In this document: piece by piece, positions 39,831 through 51,639 of the stretch
How positions within the stretch are numbered: the stretch's first letter is position 1
How the letters are laid out: every line of letters begins with the position of its first letter
Assembly: GCA_046331705.1 (NCBI GenBank)
Contig: JAXLQJ010000007.1
Location: forward strand, 1-64,000
DNA: 64,000 bases
Source: a bacterium
GTDB taxonomy: Bacteria; JADJOY01
Direction: 5' to 3'
Notes under the pieces: generated by a model
What the model saw: the letters and a program-made list of their open reading frames with translations, nothing else
Told to the model about the DNA's origin: nothing
Databases searched by the model: none
Position numbers and translations under genes: made by a program

Positions 39831-40495
39831 GCGCCGCAGCAGCGCTGGCGCAGACGAGCCCGCTCGACGAGCTACAGGCGCTCCTCGACGCGCAGGCGTA
39901 TCCGCCCACGCACACCTATCGAATCGAGCCGTTCGAGCCCACCGACGTGCTGCACCAGCGGGTCGCGCTCATGAACCGGCTCTCGCCACAGTTCTTCGAG
40001 CGCGGGCACGCGCTGCTCGACGTGGGCTGCAACAAGGGCTTCTTCTCGCTGAACGTCGCCGGGCGCTTCACGCGCGTCGTCGCCCTCGACACCGACGCCC
40101 ATTGCATCTGGCTCTGCCGGCGCATCGCCGACTACCTGGGCATCGAGAACGTCGAGTTCGAGGCGTCGAGCTTCGGACGTCTCGCCACCCAAGGCCGCTT
40201 CGACCGGGTGCTGATCGGCAACGTCCACCACTACATCTTTCGCGAGGCGGGCGGTCGCTGGAGCTGGGTCGACAAGCTGGCGCGGCTCGCGACGGGGCTG
40301 GTGCTCATCGAGGGCCCGCTCGGCATGGAGTGCGCGGACATGGACGCGGCCATCCCTGCCGAGATGCGCGTGGCGTTCGATCGCGATCTGTTCTTCGACG
40401 CGATGTCGCGGCATTTCACGCTGCTCGACTTCGCACCGACCGTCGCGTACACGCCGGATCGCTACCTGATGCTCTTCGAGAGGCGCCCGCGGTGA
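39827..40495 (+). CDS. Class I SAM-dependent methyltransferase
   Basis: LLDVGCNKGFFS, VVALD, FDRVLIGNVHHY, VLIEGP; ATGA overlap. Confidence 0.85.
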   Translation: MSAAAALAQTSPLDELQALLDAQAYPPTHTYRIEPFEPTDVLHQRVALMNRLSPQFFERGHALLDVGCNKGFFSLNVAGRFTRVVALDTDAHCIWLCRRIADYLGIENVEFEASSFGRLATQGRFDRVLIGNVHHYIFREAGGRWSWVDKLARLATGLVLIEGPLGMECADMDAAIPAEMRVAFDRDLFFDAMSRHFTLLDFAPTVAYTPDRYLMLFERRPR

Positions 40496-41136
40496 GATCG
40501 ATCGAGCTCGCCGAGCTCGCCGAGCTCGAGGTGCTGCGCGCCGAGCGCACCGAGGATTGGTATCCGAAGGTGCACCGGATCTTCCGCACCCACGACGACC
40601 TGCTGGTGAAGCGGGTCGATCTCCGGCCCGCGCACGTCGACTATTACCTGGAACGGTTGCTGGTCGCCGGCGAGGCACCGTGCGCGGAGCCCATCGAGGC
40701 GCTGGTGGTGGAGCACGGGCGCTTCTGCGGTTGGGCGGAGCGCTATCTGCCGAACCTCGTGCCGTTTCGGTACTTCGAAGCCGAGCGCGACGTCTTCCGC
40801 GCCCACTGCGCGCGCCAGCAATACCTGGCTCAGCGCGGCTACTTCGACCTCGACGCCGCCACCATCAACTACGCGCGCCGCGCCGACGGCTCGGTCTTCA
40901 CGTTCGACAAGGACGCCGTCTTCCGCCTCGACTCGCTCGAGCCTTGCCAGGCGGCCTTCGACGAGATCGGCGAATCGCCGTTCTGGAAGCTCCACGGCGG
41001 CACGTACTTCGTGTTGCTTCGTCAGAGCTACCGCACCCTTCCGGACGCGTTGCTGACGGACATCAGCCACGCCTTCGCCAGCGGCCAGCGGCGGCGCATC
41101 GTCGCCGCGTTCGCCGCCGCCGCGGCGTCGGTCTGA
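40492..41136 (+). CDS. Hypothetical protein with protein-kinase-like motifs
   Basis: GTGA overlap; LLVK (beta3 Lys), YFDLDAATIN (DxxxxN catalytic loop) and FTFDKD (DFG-like) in canonical order. Confidence 0.6.
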   Translation: MRSIELAELAELEVLRAERTEDWYPKVHRIFRTHDDLLVKRVDLRPAHVDYYLERLLVAGEAPCAEPIEALVVEHGRFCGWAERYLPNLVPFRYFEAERDVFRAHCARQQYLAQRGYFDLDAATINYARRADGSVFTFDKDAVFRLDSLEPCQAAFDEIGESPFWKLHGGTYFVLLRQSYRTLPDALLTDISHAFASGQRRRIVAAFAAAAASV

Positions 41137-41138
41137 CC

Positions 41139-42596
41139 ATGTACCCCAGCCTCGCCCAGCTCGCACGGCCGCTCGGGCCCTTCGAGGTCGCCGCCGTGAT
41201 CCCCGCGCGCGGCGGATCGAAAGGCGTGCCGCGCAAGGCGCTCGCGGACCTGGGCGGCGAGCCGCTGCTCGTGCACACGATTCGCGCGGCGCTGGCGGCG
41301 CGCAAGGTCCGCACGGTGGTGGTGAGCACCGACGATGCGGAGATCGCCGAGGTCGCGCGCGCCGCCGGCGCGCTCGTTCCGGCGCTTCGCCCCACGAATC
41401 TCGCAGGCGATGCCGCGTCGCTCGAGGGCGCGCTGCTCTGGACGCTCGACACCATCCGCGAGCGCCTGGGCCGCCGCGTCGACATCCTCGTGAACCTGAT
41501 GCCCACCTATCCGTTCCGAGATCCCGCCTGGATCGACGACGGCGTGGAGCGCCTGATCCGCAGCCGCGGCGACACCGTCTCCACCTGGACGCGCTTGCGC
41601 GGCCGTCCCGAGGAATGGCTGGAATCCCTCGACGGCGCGCTCTACCCGGTGCTGCACGGCCCGATCCGCGACGCGATCGCGACCGAGCGCGTGGAAGTGT
41701 TCCGCGCCTCGGGCTCGATGAACGTCGAATGGCGCAACCCCCGCTCGGAGCGCACGGGTTGGGTGCGCGGCGGTTGGGTGGGCGCCAAGATCCGCGGCGC
41801 CGCCAGCATCGACGTCGACGAGCCGGCGCACCTGATCGCGGCGCGCGCGGTGGTGGCCGGTCGCGAGCGCTCGCCGTACGACGCGCCGCCGTCGCGCGAC
41901 GTGCTGCCGAGGGTGCCGGTGGCGGTGGCCATCCCCGATCCCGCGTTGCTCTGCGACGACCCGCCTTCCGGTGATTGGCGCGCGTGGGGGCGACATCTCG
42001 CCGCGCTCCTCGGCGATCCGCGCCCGCTCGTGCTCGAGCGCGAGAGCTCCGCGGATTCCCGCCCCCGCATGCGCGGCCTCTTCGGTTGCGCCGCGGCGCT
42101 GACGCGGCACCGGGACTGGCGAGCCGGCGCGCGCGTGCGGGTGGTGGTCGACACCCGCCGTCCGAGCCTGGACGTCGCGGCGCTCGCGGTTGCGCTCGAC
42201 GCCCTGGCGCGCGGCGATCGTCGGCTCGCGCTCGGTGTGGAGCGGGTCGACGATCACCCGCTGCTCTGCCTCGTGGAAGCCGCCGGCGAGGGGACGCTCT
42301 TGCTGGATCGCGTGGGCCTGCGATCGTTCCGGCGCCAGGACTTCAAGCCGGCGTTCGAACCGGCGGGTTACGTCGCGTGGCGACTTCGTCTCAGCCGCGC
42401 CGAACCTGGCCGCGGGCAGGCCATCGCCCTCGATGCGGTCGCGCGCACCGTCGTCGACACGGCGCTCGACGCCGCGCCGAGCTGCGCGGAAAGCCTGGCC
42501 TCGCGGGTGGTCGACGCTCGAGCGCAGGGCCGGATTACATCGCCATCGAGCTCGATCACGCGCTCGACGACCAGGGCGCTGCCTCGGGCGGCGTGA
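41139..42596 (+). CDS. Acylneuraminate cytidylyltransferase (NeuA-like) with a second degenerate NeuA-like domain; C-terminus uncertain
   Basis: IPARGGSKGVPRK, VVSTDD, LRP, PTYPFR, SIDVDE; second half has DDHP and RRQDFKPAF. Confidence 0.82.
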   Translation: MYPSLAQLARPLGPFEVAAVIPARGGSKGVPRKALADLGGEPLLVHTIRAALAARKVRTVVVSTDDAEIAEVARAAGALVPALRPTNLAGDAASLEGALLWTLDTIRERLGRRVDILVNLMPTYPFRDPAWIDDGVERLIRSRGDTVSTWTRLRGRPEEWLESLDGALYPVLHGPIRDAIATERVEVFRASGSMNVEWRNPRSERTGWVRGGWVGAKIRGAASIDVDEPAHLIAARAVVAGRERSPYDAPPSRDVLPRVPVAVAIPDPALLCDDPPSGDWRAWGRHLAALLGDPRPLVLERESSADSRPRMRGLFGCAAALTRHRDWRAGARVRVVVDTRRPSLDVAALAVALDALARGDRRLALGVERVDDHPLLCLVEAAGEGTLLLDRVGLRSFRRQDFKPAFEPAGYVAWRLRLSRAEPGRGQAIALDAVARTVVDTALDAAPSCAESLASRVVDARAQGRITSPSSSITRSTTRALPRAA

Positions 42597-43203
42597 CGAG
42601 CCGCGAGATCGGCGCGCTGGAAATGGGAGTGCTTCTGGAACGACGTCTTCGCCAACGAGAAGCCGCTCAGTGGGTCGCGCCGCACCCGCCCTCGTGCTTC
42701 CTCAGTACCTGTCGCGCACGTCGGGGATGGGTTTCCCGAGCGGTTGCAGGCTTCTGGAGGGGCGGTCCTCGACGTCGGCCTGGCCGAGCGCGTCTGCTCC
42801 ATTCCTTGCCGCCCACGGTCGCGAAGTTCGCCATCGAGGTCTCGGTGAATCGGCAGGCGCTGCACGCTGCGGGCATTCGGACCCGACCTGCCCTCTTGCG
42901 GCATCGATCTCGCCTGGAGCGTATCGTGCTTTCACATTTGCCCCGATGCGACCAGGCCGCGGCTCCTTCAGGACACGGCGCGCGCGCTGCGGCCAGCGGC
43001 CACTTCTACCTCGAATGCGTCGAGCAGCGGCCCGGCTTCAGCGACGACGTTCCCGAGGGGATTCAGCTTCCCGCGGGCCGTTTCGTGGTGCCCCTCGACC
43101 GCATGCTGGACGAAGGGCGGCGCGCCACGGCCTGGTTCCGGTGGCGCACGTCGGCGCGATCAATACGGCGACGACTGCCCGGTGCAGGGCTTCATCATCT
43201 GCT

Positions 43204-44640
43204 TCACGAAGCCCGTCGGATCGTGACCCGCACCTCAGTGGCGCTCGGGTCGCTCTCGATCTCGGTGCGGCTCGCGCGGCGACACGCGCCCCGCGCCCCT
43301 CCACCGCGAGGCGTAGCCGCTCGCATGGCGTGTCGTTCGAGGAAGGGCCAGATCTCCGTGAGTCCCCACTGCCCCGTCGGATCGACCGTGTACGCCAGAT
43401 CGAAGGCGCCGCTCGACGAGATCAAGCGCATCGTCGTAGGAACCCCGCCACGGCTCGGGCGTAGGTCCGCTCGAGGACCGCGATCTTCGGCGCTGGTAGG
43501 CGATCAGGCCGGTATCGTTCGTGACGATGCCTTCCGTCCGCGTCGCCGGTGGGATCGTCGTAGCGCTTCCAGGCCCAATGGGTCCATCCCACGAGGTTCT
43601 GTCCGCGACGTCCGCGTGCCGAGCGATGTCGGCGACGAACCGCTCGCGCCGAACCCGTCAGGAGCCAGCCGCTCGCCTGACGATCGCGGGCAGCGCGGCT
43701 CTTGTCGAACGCCGGCGCGGTGGCCTCCGCGCAATAGCCGTCCAGATAGACCCGCAAGAAGATGCTGGTCGTAGACGTGGAAGCTGAGCGCGAGGTCGTC
43801 GTAGCCGAGCACGCCGAGGTCGGAGTCGATGCCGACCACCCCCGGCAACGCCAACGCCCAGAACACCGTGTGCGCGGGATCGACCTCGCGGATCGCGGGA
43901 TGATGCGGCGGTAGAAGGGGGTTCGGTGGTGGCGGATTCCTGGGGCACGAACCACGCCGCCGTGGTCCACGGCTCGTTCATCACGTCGTAGCCCAACACA
44001 CCGTCCTCGTCCGCGAACGTGCGCGCGACTTCCCGCCACGTATCGACGTAGCGCGATTGCGTCCCCTCGCGGTCTCGCCAGGAAATCGCCGACCGTGCTT
44101 CCTCGATCGGCAGATTTCCAGGCGCAGTTCAGGCCCAGTTGAACGCCGCGCCGATCGCGGCGGCGACGAAGTCGCCAGTCGGCGCGCCTCACCGCCGAAG
44201 CGCTCGTTCCAGAGATCCTGGTGCGCGTCGACGAGCACGTAGATCCCTCGGCTCGTGAAGAGCTTCACGAGCGCCTCGAGCCGCGCGAGATAGCCCTGGT
44301 CGAGGACGCCGCGCTCGGGTTCGAGCCCTTCCAGATGAAGCCGAGGCGCACCACGTTGAAGCCGAGGTCCCGCATGGCGTCCGCATCGGCGTCGCTGAGC
44401 CCGTCGTGCTCGGAGGGCAGATAGGGCGGACGCTTGTCCACCACGTTCACGCCGTGCAGCAGCACGACGCGTCCGGACGCATCCACGAACCACCCGTCCC
44501 GGACGCGCAGACCGCCACTCTGGTGCAGCACCGTCCGCGCTGCCACCGTCGGCGCAGGCGCTTGAGCCGAGCATCAGCACGAAGAGCCCACCCGCCACGA
44601 TCCCGCGTCGGAACCGACGCTCGCCTCGTCCTCGATCCAC
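43204..44640 (-). pseudogene. Endoglycoceramidase-like GH5 glycoside hydrolase (frameshifted, probably sequencing error)
   Basis: Fragments in different frames: GRVVLLHGVNVV, GFNVVRLGFIW, VLVDAHQD, GYDVMNEP, GWTHWAW, LERTYARAV. Confidence 0.8.
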
Positions 44641-44769
44641 TCATGCGATTCATTCTCCTCGCGCGCGACTCTCTACCGCGGAACGGCGTGCCAGCGCCAT
44701 CGCCGCGGCACGTCGGCGCCGACCGGCGCGGGCTCTGTCGCCGTGGCCGAAGCGGCCAAGACTGCCCAC

Positions 44770-45690
44770 ATGCGGCTCGCGAGCTTCAATCTCTTCTTCT
44801 TTCCGGCGCACGCGCCCCATCGCATCGCGCGGACCGGAAGATCTCGAGCTGGTGGCGCGGGTGCTGGCGCGCCCTCGACGCGGACGTGCTGGTGCTGCCG
44901 GAGATCCTCGATCTCGCGGTGCTCGAACGGCTGCTCGAGGACGTCGGCCAACGCATCGGGCGTGACTATCGCCTGCGACGAGAACGGGAAAATGGCCTGC
45001 CAGCGCGGGAAGCGCTCAGATCCTCAAGGTCGCGATGGCCTTCGACGCGCGCCCCCTGACGCTGGTCCGCCGTCACAAGCTGCCGAGCCCTGCGGGGCGC
45101 AGCGTCGTCCTCGAGCCTTCCTCGGAGCGCGCCTCCGGCGAGACGCTCACGGTCATCGGCGTGCACCTGCGCTCGTCCGGCGCCGCGCCGAACCCGGACG
45201 TCGACGACCCAGGCGCGCCGAAGCGCACGCGCGAGACCCACGCCATCGCGGCGTGGGTGGAGGATTCGACGCCGACGCACCTTCGTGGGGCTGCCGACCG
45301 CCGACGCCGTGCTGCTCGGCGACTTCAACGAGCCGCGCGGCCGTGCCTCGCTGGCGCCGCTCACGGAAGGCGCGACGACGAGCTGGCACTGGCACGAGCC
45401 GACGCTGGATCCCGCCGGCGCGAGCGACGGAGACGACGACACGGCACCTTGGTCGAGCTACCTCGACCGGTCGGTCCTCGATCGCCTCACGTCGCCGCGA
45501 GTGACGGCGCGGGCCTCCGGCGAGGCGCGGATCTACGCCTTCGACCGCGACCCCACGATCGCCGATCCCGCCTGGATGCACGCCGACGGACCGACGATCA
45601 TCCCGGGGATCGGCACTCCTTCCTCCACGCGGTGCCGAATCTCTACCGCGTCTCGATCACCGCCCGATCTACCTCGATCTCGCGTGACGC
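44770..45690 (+). pseudogene. Endonuclease/exonuclease/phosphatase-family hydrolase (frameshifted)
   Basis: MRLASFN, DADVLVLPEI, GVHL, LLGDFN, and a terminal SDHRP recoverable with one inserted base. Confidence 0.75.
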
Positions 45691-45694
45691 CTGA

Positions 45695-46987
45695 TCAAGG
45701 CCCGCGGCCGAGATCCTGGGGCAGGTACCGAGCAGCACGGACGAAGAGCGGTACCGACAGCGCGCTGACCGCGATCACCGCCAGCAGCGAGTAGCGGATC
45801 GCGAGCGCGCCGTGGCTCGCGGCCAACGCATCATGCCGATGCCGACCACCAGTGGCCCCAAGCCGAGCCCCACGAGGTTGAGCACGAACAGGACCACCGC
45901 CGACGCCGTCGCCTGCATGTGCGGCGTCACGACCCTGGGTGACCGCCAGCATCGAGTCCCACGTACATCTGTGCCGCGACGTAGAACGGAACGAACGAGA
46001 GCAGGGCCGCGCCGGAGCTGGGCGCCAGCAGGAAGCCCACGCCGAACGGCACGTGCAACGCCGACACGATCGCCGAGAGCCATCCGTACCAGCGCGGGTC
46101 GCGAGCGAGGCGATCGGCGAGGGCGCCGCTCAACCAAGCGCCGAAGGTCCTGGTTGATCCCCACGATCAGGCCCAGCGAGAGCCCCACCTGCCCGATCGG
46201 CATCGCGTGAACGCGCTGCAGGAACGACGCGCCCCAGGTCAGGAACGCATACCTGCCGAGGGTGTTGCAGCAGCCGCGGCCACCACGTACACCAGCGCCG
46301 CGCCACGAGGTAGCGCAGCACCTGCGCGAGCGTCGCGCGATCGGGAAGCCGGCGCGACGGCCCCTGCCGGCCGGCGCTCGGGCTCGCGCACCGTCCAACG
46401 CACCAGCGCGCTGCGCAGCGCGCCCGAGGCCCACTCAAGAAGAACGCCGTCTCGCCACGAGAAAATGCGGCCACGTATCCCCTCCCACGAACGCGTCACC
46501 CCGATGCAGACACCGGTCGCGTAGAGCGCGAGCAGGTCGCGCGGCGCTGGGGTGGGAAGTAAATCGGAGAGCAGCGAGTGGGCCGGCGGGCTTCCCGCCG
46601 CCTCGCTGATCCTGACCGCGACTCGCGCCAGCGCCAGCCCCAGAACCCGCGGGCGAGCCCCGAGCACGCCGTCATGCCGCTCCAGAGCGTCAGCCTGGGC
46701 GCGATGATCGTGCGGCGCGGCCGCGATCCGCCCAGCGCGCGATGGGGATTCCCGCGACCGTGTAGGAAGAGCGCGAACGCGAAGCCGTCATCAGGAAGCC
46801 CATCGCCGTATCGACGCCCCGAGGTCCTTCTTGATCGGCTCGAGCAGGATCGCCAGCACCTGCCGGTCGACGAAGTTGAAGACGTAGACTAGCGACAGCA
46901 GCGCGAGCACGTAGTAGGCGTACGCACCCGGCTCCGGGGGCGCGGCCGACCCGGAGCTTCGACGGGATTCGGGTCTTCGGCGTGCAT
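45695..46987 (-). pseudogene. Spinster-like MFS transporter (frameshifted)
   Basis: VYVFNFVDRQVLAILLEPIKKDL, EAAGSPPAHSLLSD, NLVGLGLGPLVVG. Confidence 0.8.
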
Positions 46988-47130
46988 GCGCTCGTGAGTC
47001 AGCGGGGACGCGCGATCCTACGCCACGCGAGGCCGTCCTGGCGCGCCGACTTCGTGGTATCTTCGCGTACGCCCACAGCGTTCCGCGGCTCCTCTACACG
47101 GCGCACACGCTCACCTCGCTCAGGCCCGCG

Positions 47131-48560
47131 GTGCAACTCGACGAACACGTCGCGCTCGAGTGCTCGCCGATCACCTCGGCTCGCTCCATCCCGCGGTGCG
47201 GGCACAGGACGCGTACCTGGACCGCGGCCCAACGCGGCGTGGCGCTGCGCGCGTTGCGCGCGCCGTCGCCGAGAACCGGGCAGGCTCTATCCCGGCTCGG
47301 CGGACGAATGGGAGACGATCGGCCGCGCGCTGGCGAAGCTCGACGCCCGCAGCGGCGCACGCCTTGGCGGAGTCGACCGCCATCTCTTCACCCTCGACGT
47401 CCGCTATTGGGCGCAGCGCCGTCGTTTCCGCACCTCGCCGCCGCCCTCGGCGAGCCGACGACGCCGCGGCAGCGACGCTCGTCCGCGACGCGTTCGGCGC
47501 AGCGCTCGCCGCGCACGCTTCGCCCGCGGTCTTGGCCGGATCGCGCAGCGCTGCGCCGGCGCATCCTCGACGGAGACCCTCGCCCTCGTCGCGGGTTACC
47601 GCCTCCCGCAGCCGCCTGGCTGGTGGCGGAGGCGAGCGCCAGCCAGCCCGCGGCGATGAACTCGCTCGCCGCGCTCGCGGCGCTGGCGGCCGTTCCGCCT
47701 CGCGCTGGACGCGTCCGCCGTCGCGAAGCCCGAGGCGCGCTGCGCTCGCTCATGACGAGCGCCGAGCTCTGCTTCGTGCAGGCCGCTCGCTTGGTGGGCG
47801 AGTTCATCGAGGCGGTTCCATTCGTCACCGGTGAGCTGGCGGCGAAGATCGACGCCCTCGCGGCCACCGTGCGCGCACTACCCGCCAGCGAGGAGCCGGT
47901 CCCCTGGCTCGATACCGTGGCGACCGCGGCCGCTTGGTCCGAGTAGCTCAGAGCTCGTCTGCGCCGGGCTGGCGCGCTGGGTGACGCTTCACCCGCCGCC
48001 CATTGCCGGGCGCTGGCACGCTCGTTGGCGCAGCTCACCCGCTCGTCCCGGCTCTCGGCGAGGATGCGCTCGATCGTCTCGCCGAGGTTGCTCAGCTCGC
48101 CCCCGATGGGCGATGCGAGCTCTTCATGCAGGCGAGCCTCCGCGAGACCCGTGCCGAGGTCGTCGAGACGTTCGTGGCGCTCGCCGCCGCCGCCGAGCTG
48201 GGGTGCGCGGAGCGCGTCGATGCGCTCGTGGGGGCCTTCCACCGCGAGCGAACCACGGGACGCCGGGCCAAACGGTTGCTGCGCGCGCTCACGCGATTGA
48301 GCGAGCTCGCCGAGCCGTGGGGATCAGCTCTGGTGCGCCGCCCTCGGCCCTGCTTGAGCGCCGCCGAGTCGAGCTCCGAGAGCGCGCTGGTGCTGGCCGT
48401 GCTCGCGGAGCGGCCGCCTGCGATGCCGGTCGCCGCGCTTGCCGTAGCCCAGCATGCGCCGTGCACGAGCTGGTGCACCACTACGGCGTGCGTTTCGGTG
48501 GGATACGCGCTCACGGATCTTCCGCGCGGTCAATGGACGCCGCCGCCCCCCCGCTCATGG
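47131..48560 (+). pseudogene. Hypothetical Ala/Leu-rich protein (fragmented)
   Basis: Coding-like segments switch frame repeatedly; no family recognised; boundaries approximate. Confidence 0.3.
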
Positions 48561-48694
48561 CCTGATCCGCGCGCGCCAGAGGCGCGCCGCCGAGCGTTGC
48601 GCGTCGATCGAGGTGGGCCCCACGAAAACGGCCTTCAAGGCGGGCGTCCGGAAGAGCCCCCCGAAGAACCATCGGCGCGCTCGCGACGGCGAGC

Positions 48695-49115
48695 TCATCC
48701 GCGGCCCGTTAGAGCGCTTCGAGGAAGCGCAGCACCAGCCGTCGCGAGGAAGCGCCAGCCGGCGCGGTGCGGACGTACTCGTCGTCGTAGTGACCGCCGC
48801 CGATTCGGCGCTGGCCCTCGATGCTGGCGCGCAGTCCAGATAGCGCGGCCGCCGCCCTGATCGCCATCCAGATCGACGACGTGGTTGGCGACGAACGGCA
48901 GGAACTCGTTGGCCCCAGCGACGAGCTGTCGGTAGTTCTCGAGCAACGCGGCGCGGCCCCGGATCGGCGGCCGATCGCCGGTGTCCATGACCTCGTCCTC
49001 GGCGAACAGGTCGATGGCCGCGGTGACGTCGCGCCACACCGCGTCGGCGTAACGGCGCGCCAGGTCACGGATCGCCTCGAGATCCTCGAGGCGCGCTGGG
49101 GTCGTGCACGTTCAC
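48695..49115 (-). pseudogene. SnoaL/BaiE-like NTF2 protein (frameshifted)
   Basis: LEDLEAIRDLARRYADAV, DLFAED, IRGRAAL, NHVVDLDGD, GHYDDEYVRT. Confidence 0.7.
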
Positions 49116-51183
49116 GCCTCGAGAGCTCCTCGGCCACCAGCTCCGCGATGTCGGCGGCGCGGATCGATCAGTCCAGGGTCTTGAGCGCGTCGTCGAACAT
49201 CTGCATGCAGAGCAAAGGGGTGAGACCGCCGCGGTCTTGGCGCCGCATTCACGTCGGCGAGACGCAGGTGATTGATGCGCGTCTTGGGATCGTCGTCCAT
49301 CCAGGCGTAGCCGCCGCCCGCGCCGCAGCACAGCGACTTCGACCGGCTGCGCCCCATCTCGATTCGCCTGCCCGGAACGGCGAGCGAGTCGAGGACCTCT
49401 CGCGGCGCCTCGTACACGCCGCCGGCGCCCCAGGTAGCAGGGATCGTGATAGGTGAGCGCGTCGAGCCCGGCGCGCAGTCTGAGCTTCCCGGCGCAGCAG
49501 GTCGGCGATGAGCTGGTGCGTGGCGGACCACCTCGTAGTTTCCGCCGAAGTCGGGATACTCAACGGGTAGCTGTTGAAGCAGTGCGGGCAGGTGGTGATG
49601 ATCTTCCTCATCTGCATTGCGCCAGCGCGTCTCGATGTTCTGCTTGCGCAGAGCTGAAGGTGAACTCGCCTCCCACGCGCCGCGCCGGGTCGCTGGTGCA
49701 CGCTTCCTCGATCGCGAAGTCGACCCCCGCCGCCTTGAGCACCTTCACCATGGCGCGGGTGACCTGGATGCTGCGGTCGATCATCGCCCCGGTGCAGCCC
49801 ACCCAGGTGTTCGGCGTGCGCACCGTCGCCGAGCACCTTCACGTCCAAGTCCTGGTACTCGTCACGGTTGTAGCGGCGCCTTCGCTCAGGGGCAAGGTGC
49901 ATGCGGGTCATCCATGTTCTTCAGGAAGAGCTGGCCGGGTACGCTCATCTTCGAATCGGTCAGCGGTGAGGACGCATGTCGACCATCTTGGGATGTGCTC
50001 GATGAAGACCGGGCACTCGTGGGTGCACGCGCCACAGGTCCGACATCCCCAGAGCTCGTCCTCCAGCACCGCGGGGTGCGCGCGCCGGGCTCGGCGGGCG
50101 CCTCGCCGAAGAGCGACGGGCGGGTCGAGACGTCACTGGCGGGCGGCGGTGCCCGCACTCGACGCCCGCGACGGTCTGTCTCCGGGCGAGGCGCGCCAGC
50201 AACGACGAGGGGCCGACGCCGCCAGGTGCGCCTTCATGTCTTGAATGAGCTTCCGCGGCGGTAGGCACACCGCTCAGGCTCGCGGGACAGACCGCCTTCG
50301 CAACGGCCGCAATTCATGCACGCATCGAGATCGAGCAGGCTCTTCCACGGATACGTCGATGCGGCTCGTGCCCAGGACCACGTCGCCCTCGGGATCGGCC
50401 TCGAGCGCCTTGTCGATGTCGAAGTGAGCGAGCTTGCCGCTCGGGCCCAGATTCCGCAGCAGGTGCGGATGCGTTCGCGGTGCCGAACCAGAGGAGCTTT
50501 CCGTACGCCATGTAGCCGAGAAGCGAGAACGCCGTGGCGGCGTGGAACCACCAAACACCCCGGTGAAGCGCACGCAAGGCATCCTCGCCGAGCCCGGCGA
50601 CGCCACCAGGTAGCCGCCCGGAGACCACACCGCCAGCGACGGGTTCTGCCGCAGCTGGTGGCGGCGATGCGCAGGCCCTCGACGACGAAGCCTTGCGCGA
50701 AGACCAGCCCCAAGAGCCCGATCGCGATCCAGTCGTCGGTGATGGTGTGCAGCCGCGGCACCTTCTTCGCAACGCTGCGCCGCCACAGGAAGATCGCGCA
50801 GCCCACCAGCCCGAGGACGCCGAACACGTCGCTCACCAGCGAATAGCCCCGATAGAAGGGCCTCGTGCAGGAAGTGGATGCCGGTCCATTCCTTGGACGG
50901 CGATCAGGCCGGTCGCGACGAGCTCGACCAGGAACCCGTAGAAGACGAAGAGATGGGCGACGCCCGGCACCGGATCGCGCAGGCGGCGGTGCCCGAAGAT
51001 CTCGACCACGAGGCCGCGAATCCGCTCCGCCATGCGATCGGTGCGAATTCCCGGCGGCGCCGAGACGAATGAGCCGTATGCGTCGGTGGATGCCGCGGAC
51101 CGCGAAGCCGAGGCCACGGCCGCGAAGCCGTAGATCAGCATGCCGAGGGCGATGTTCCAGTAGATCGGTCGAGTCGCTTCCAT
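49112..51183 (-). pseudogene. Membrane Fe-S oxidoreductase (FadF/EtfD/HdrD-like, CCG domains; frameshifted)
   Basis: MEATRPIYWNI, TM segments, DACMNCGRC, TCGACTHECP, ITTCPHC, YHDPCYL, CCGAGGG. Confidence 0.82.
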
Positions 51184-51252
51184 CGTTCTCGTCTCGTTCG
51201 TGAGGATGCTCTCGGTGCCTGGATGCTCGGTGCCCGCGTGCGCGCCGCTCGC

Positions 51253-51619
51253 CTAGCCGCCCGCCGCTTCCTTCTCGCGCTCGGCCAGGCTCGCCATCAG
51301 GGTGTCGAAACCGAACTGTCCCACCGGCCAGCCGGCGTACGGCGACGTGGATCATCAGCTCCGACAGCTCCTTCTTCGTCAGGTCCTTCTTGAGCGCTTG
51401 GCGCAGATGGAGGGCGAGCGACTCTTCCTTCATCTGCAGCGCCAGGATCGTGAGCGTGATCCAGGCGCCGATCGCGGGATCGAGAGTCCTTCTCGAGCCC
51501 ACACGTCCGCGAACAGGTTCTCGACGGTGATCCTGAAAAGCCGGACCCTGCTCGGGCGGGCGAAGCCGATGACTTCCTCGAAGACCGCGCACCCTTCTCG
51601 AGAACTTCTCGGACGGCAT
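51253..51619 (-). pseudogene. Carboxymuconolactone decarboxylase-family protein (frameshifted)
   Basis: ENLFADVWAREGL, ITLTILA, LALHLRQAL, ELMIH, YAGWP. Confidence 0.75.
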
Positions 51620-51639
51620 GAGCGCGCTCTCCTCTCTCC

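Noticed and set aside
40504-40530. GAGCTCGCC tandem repeat
   Set aside because: Simply encodes ELAELAELE; not an array.
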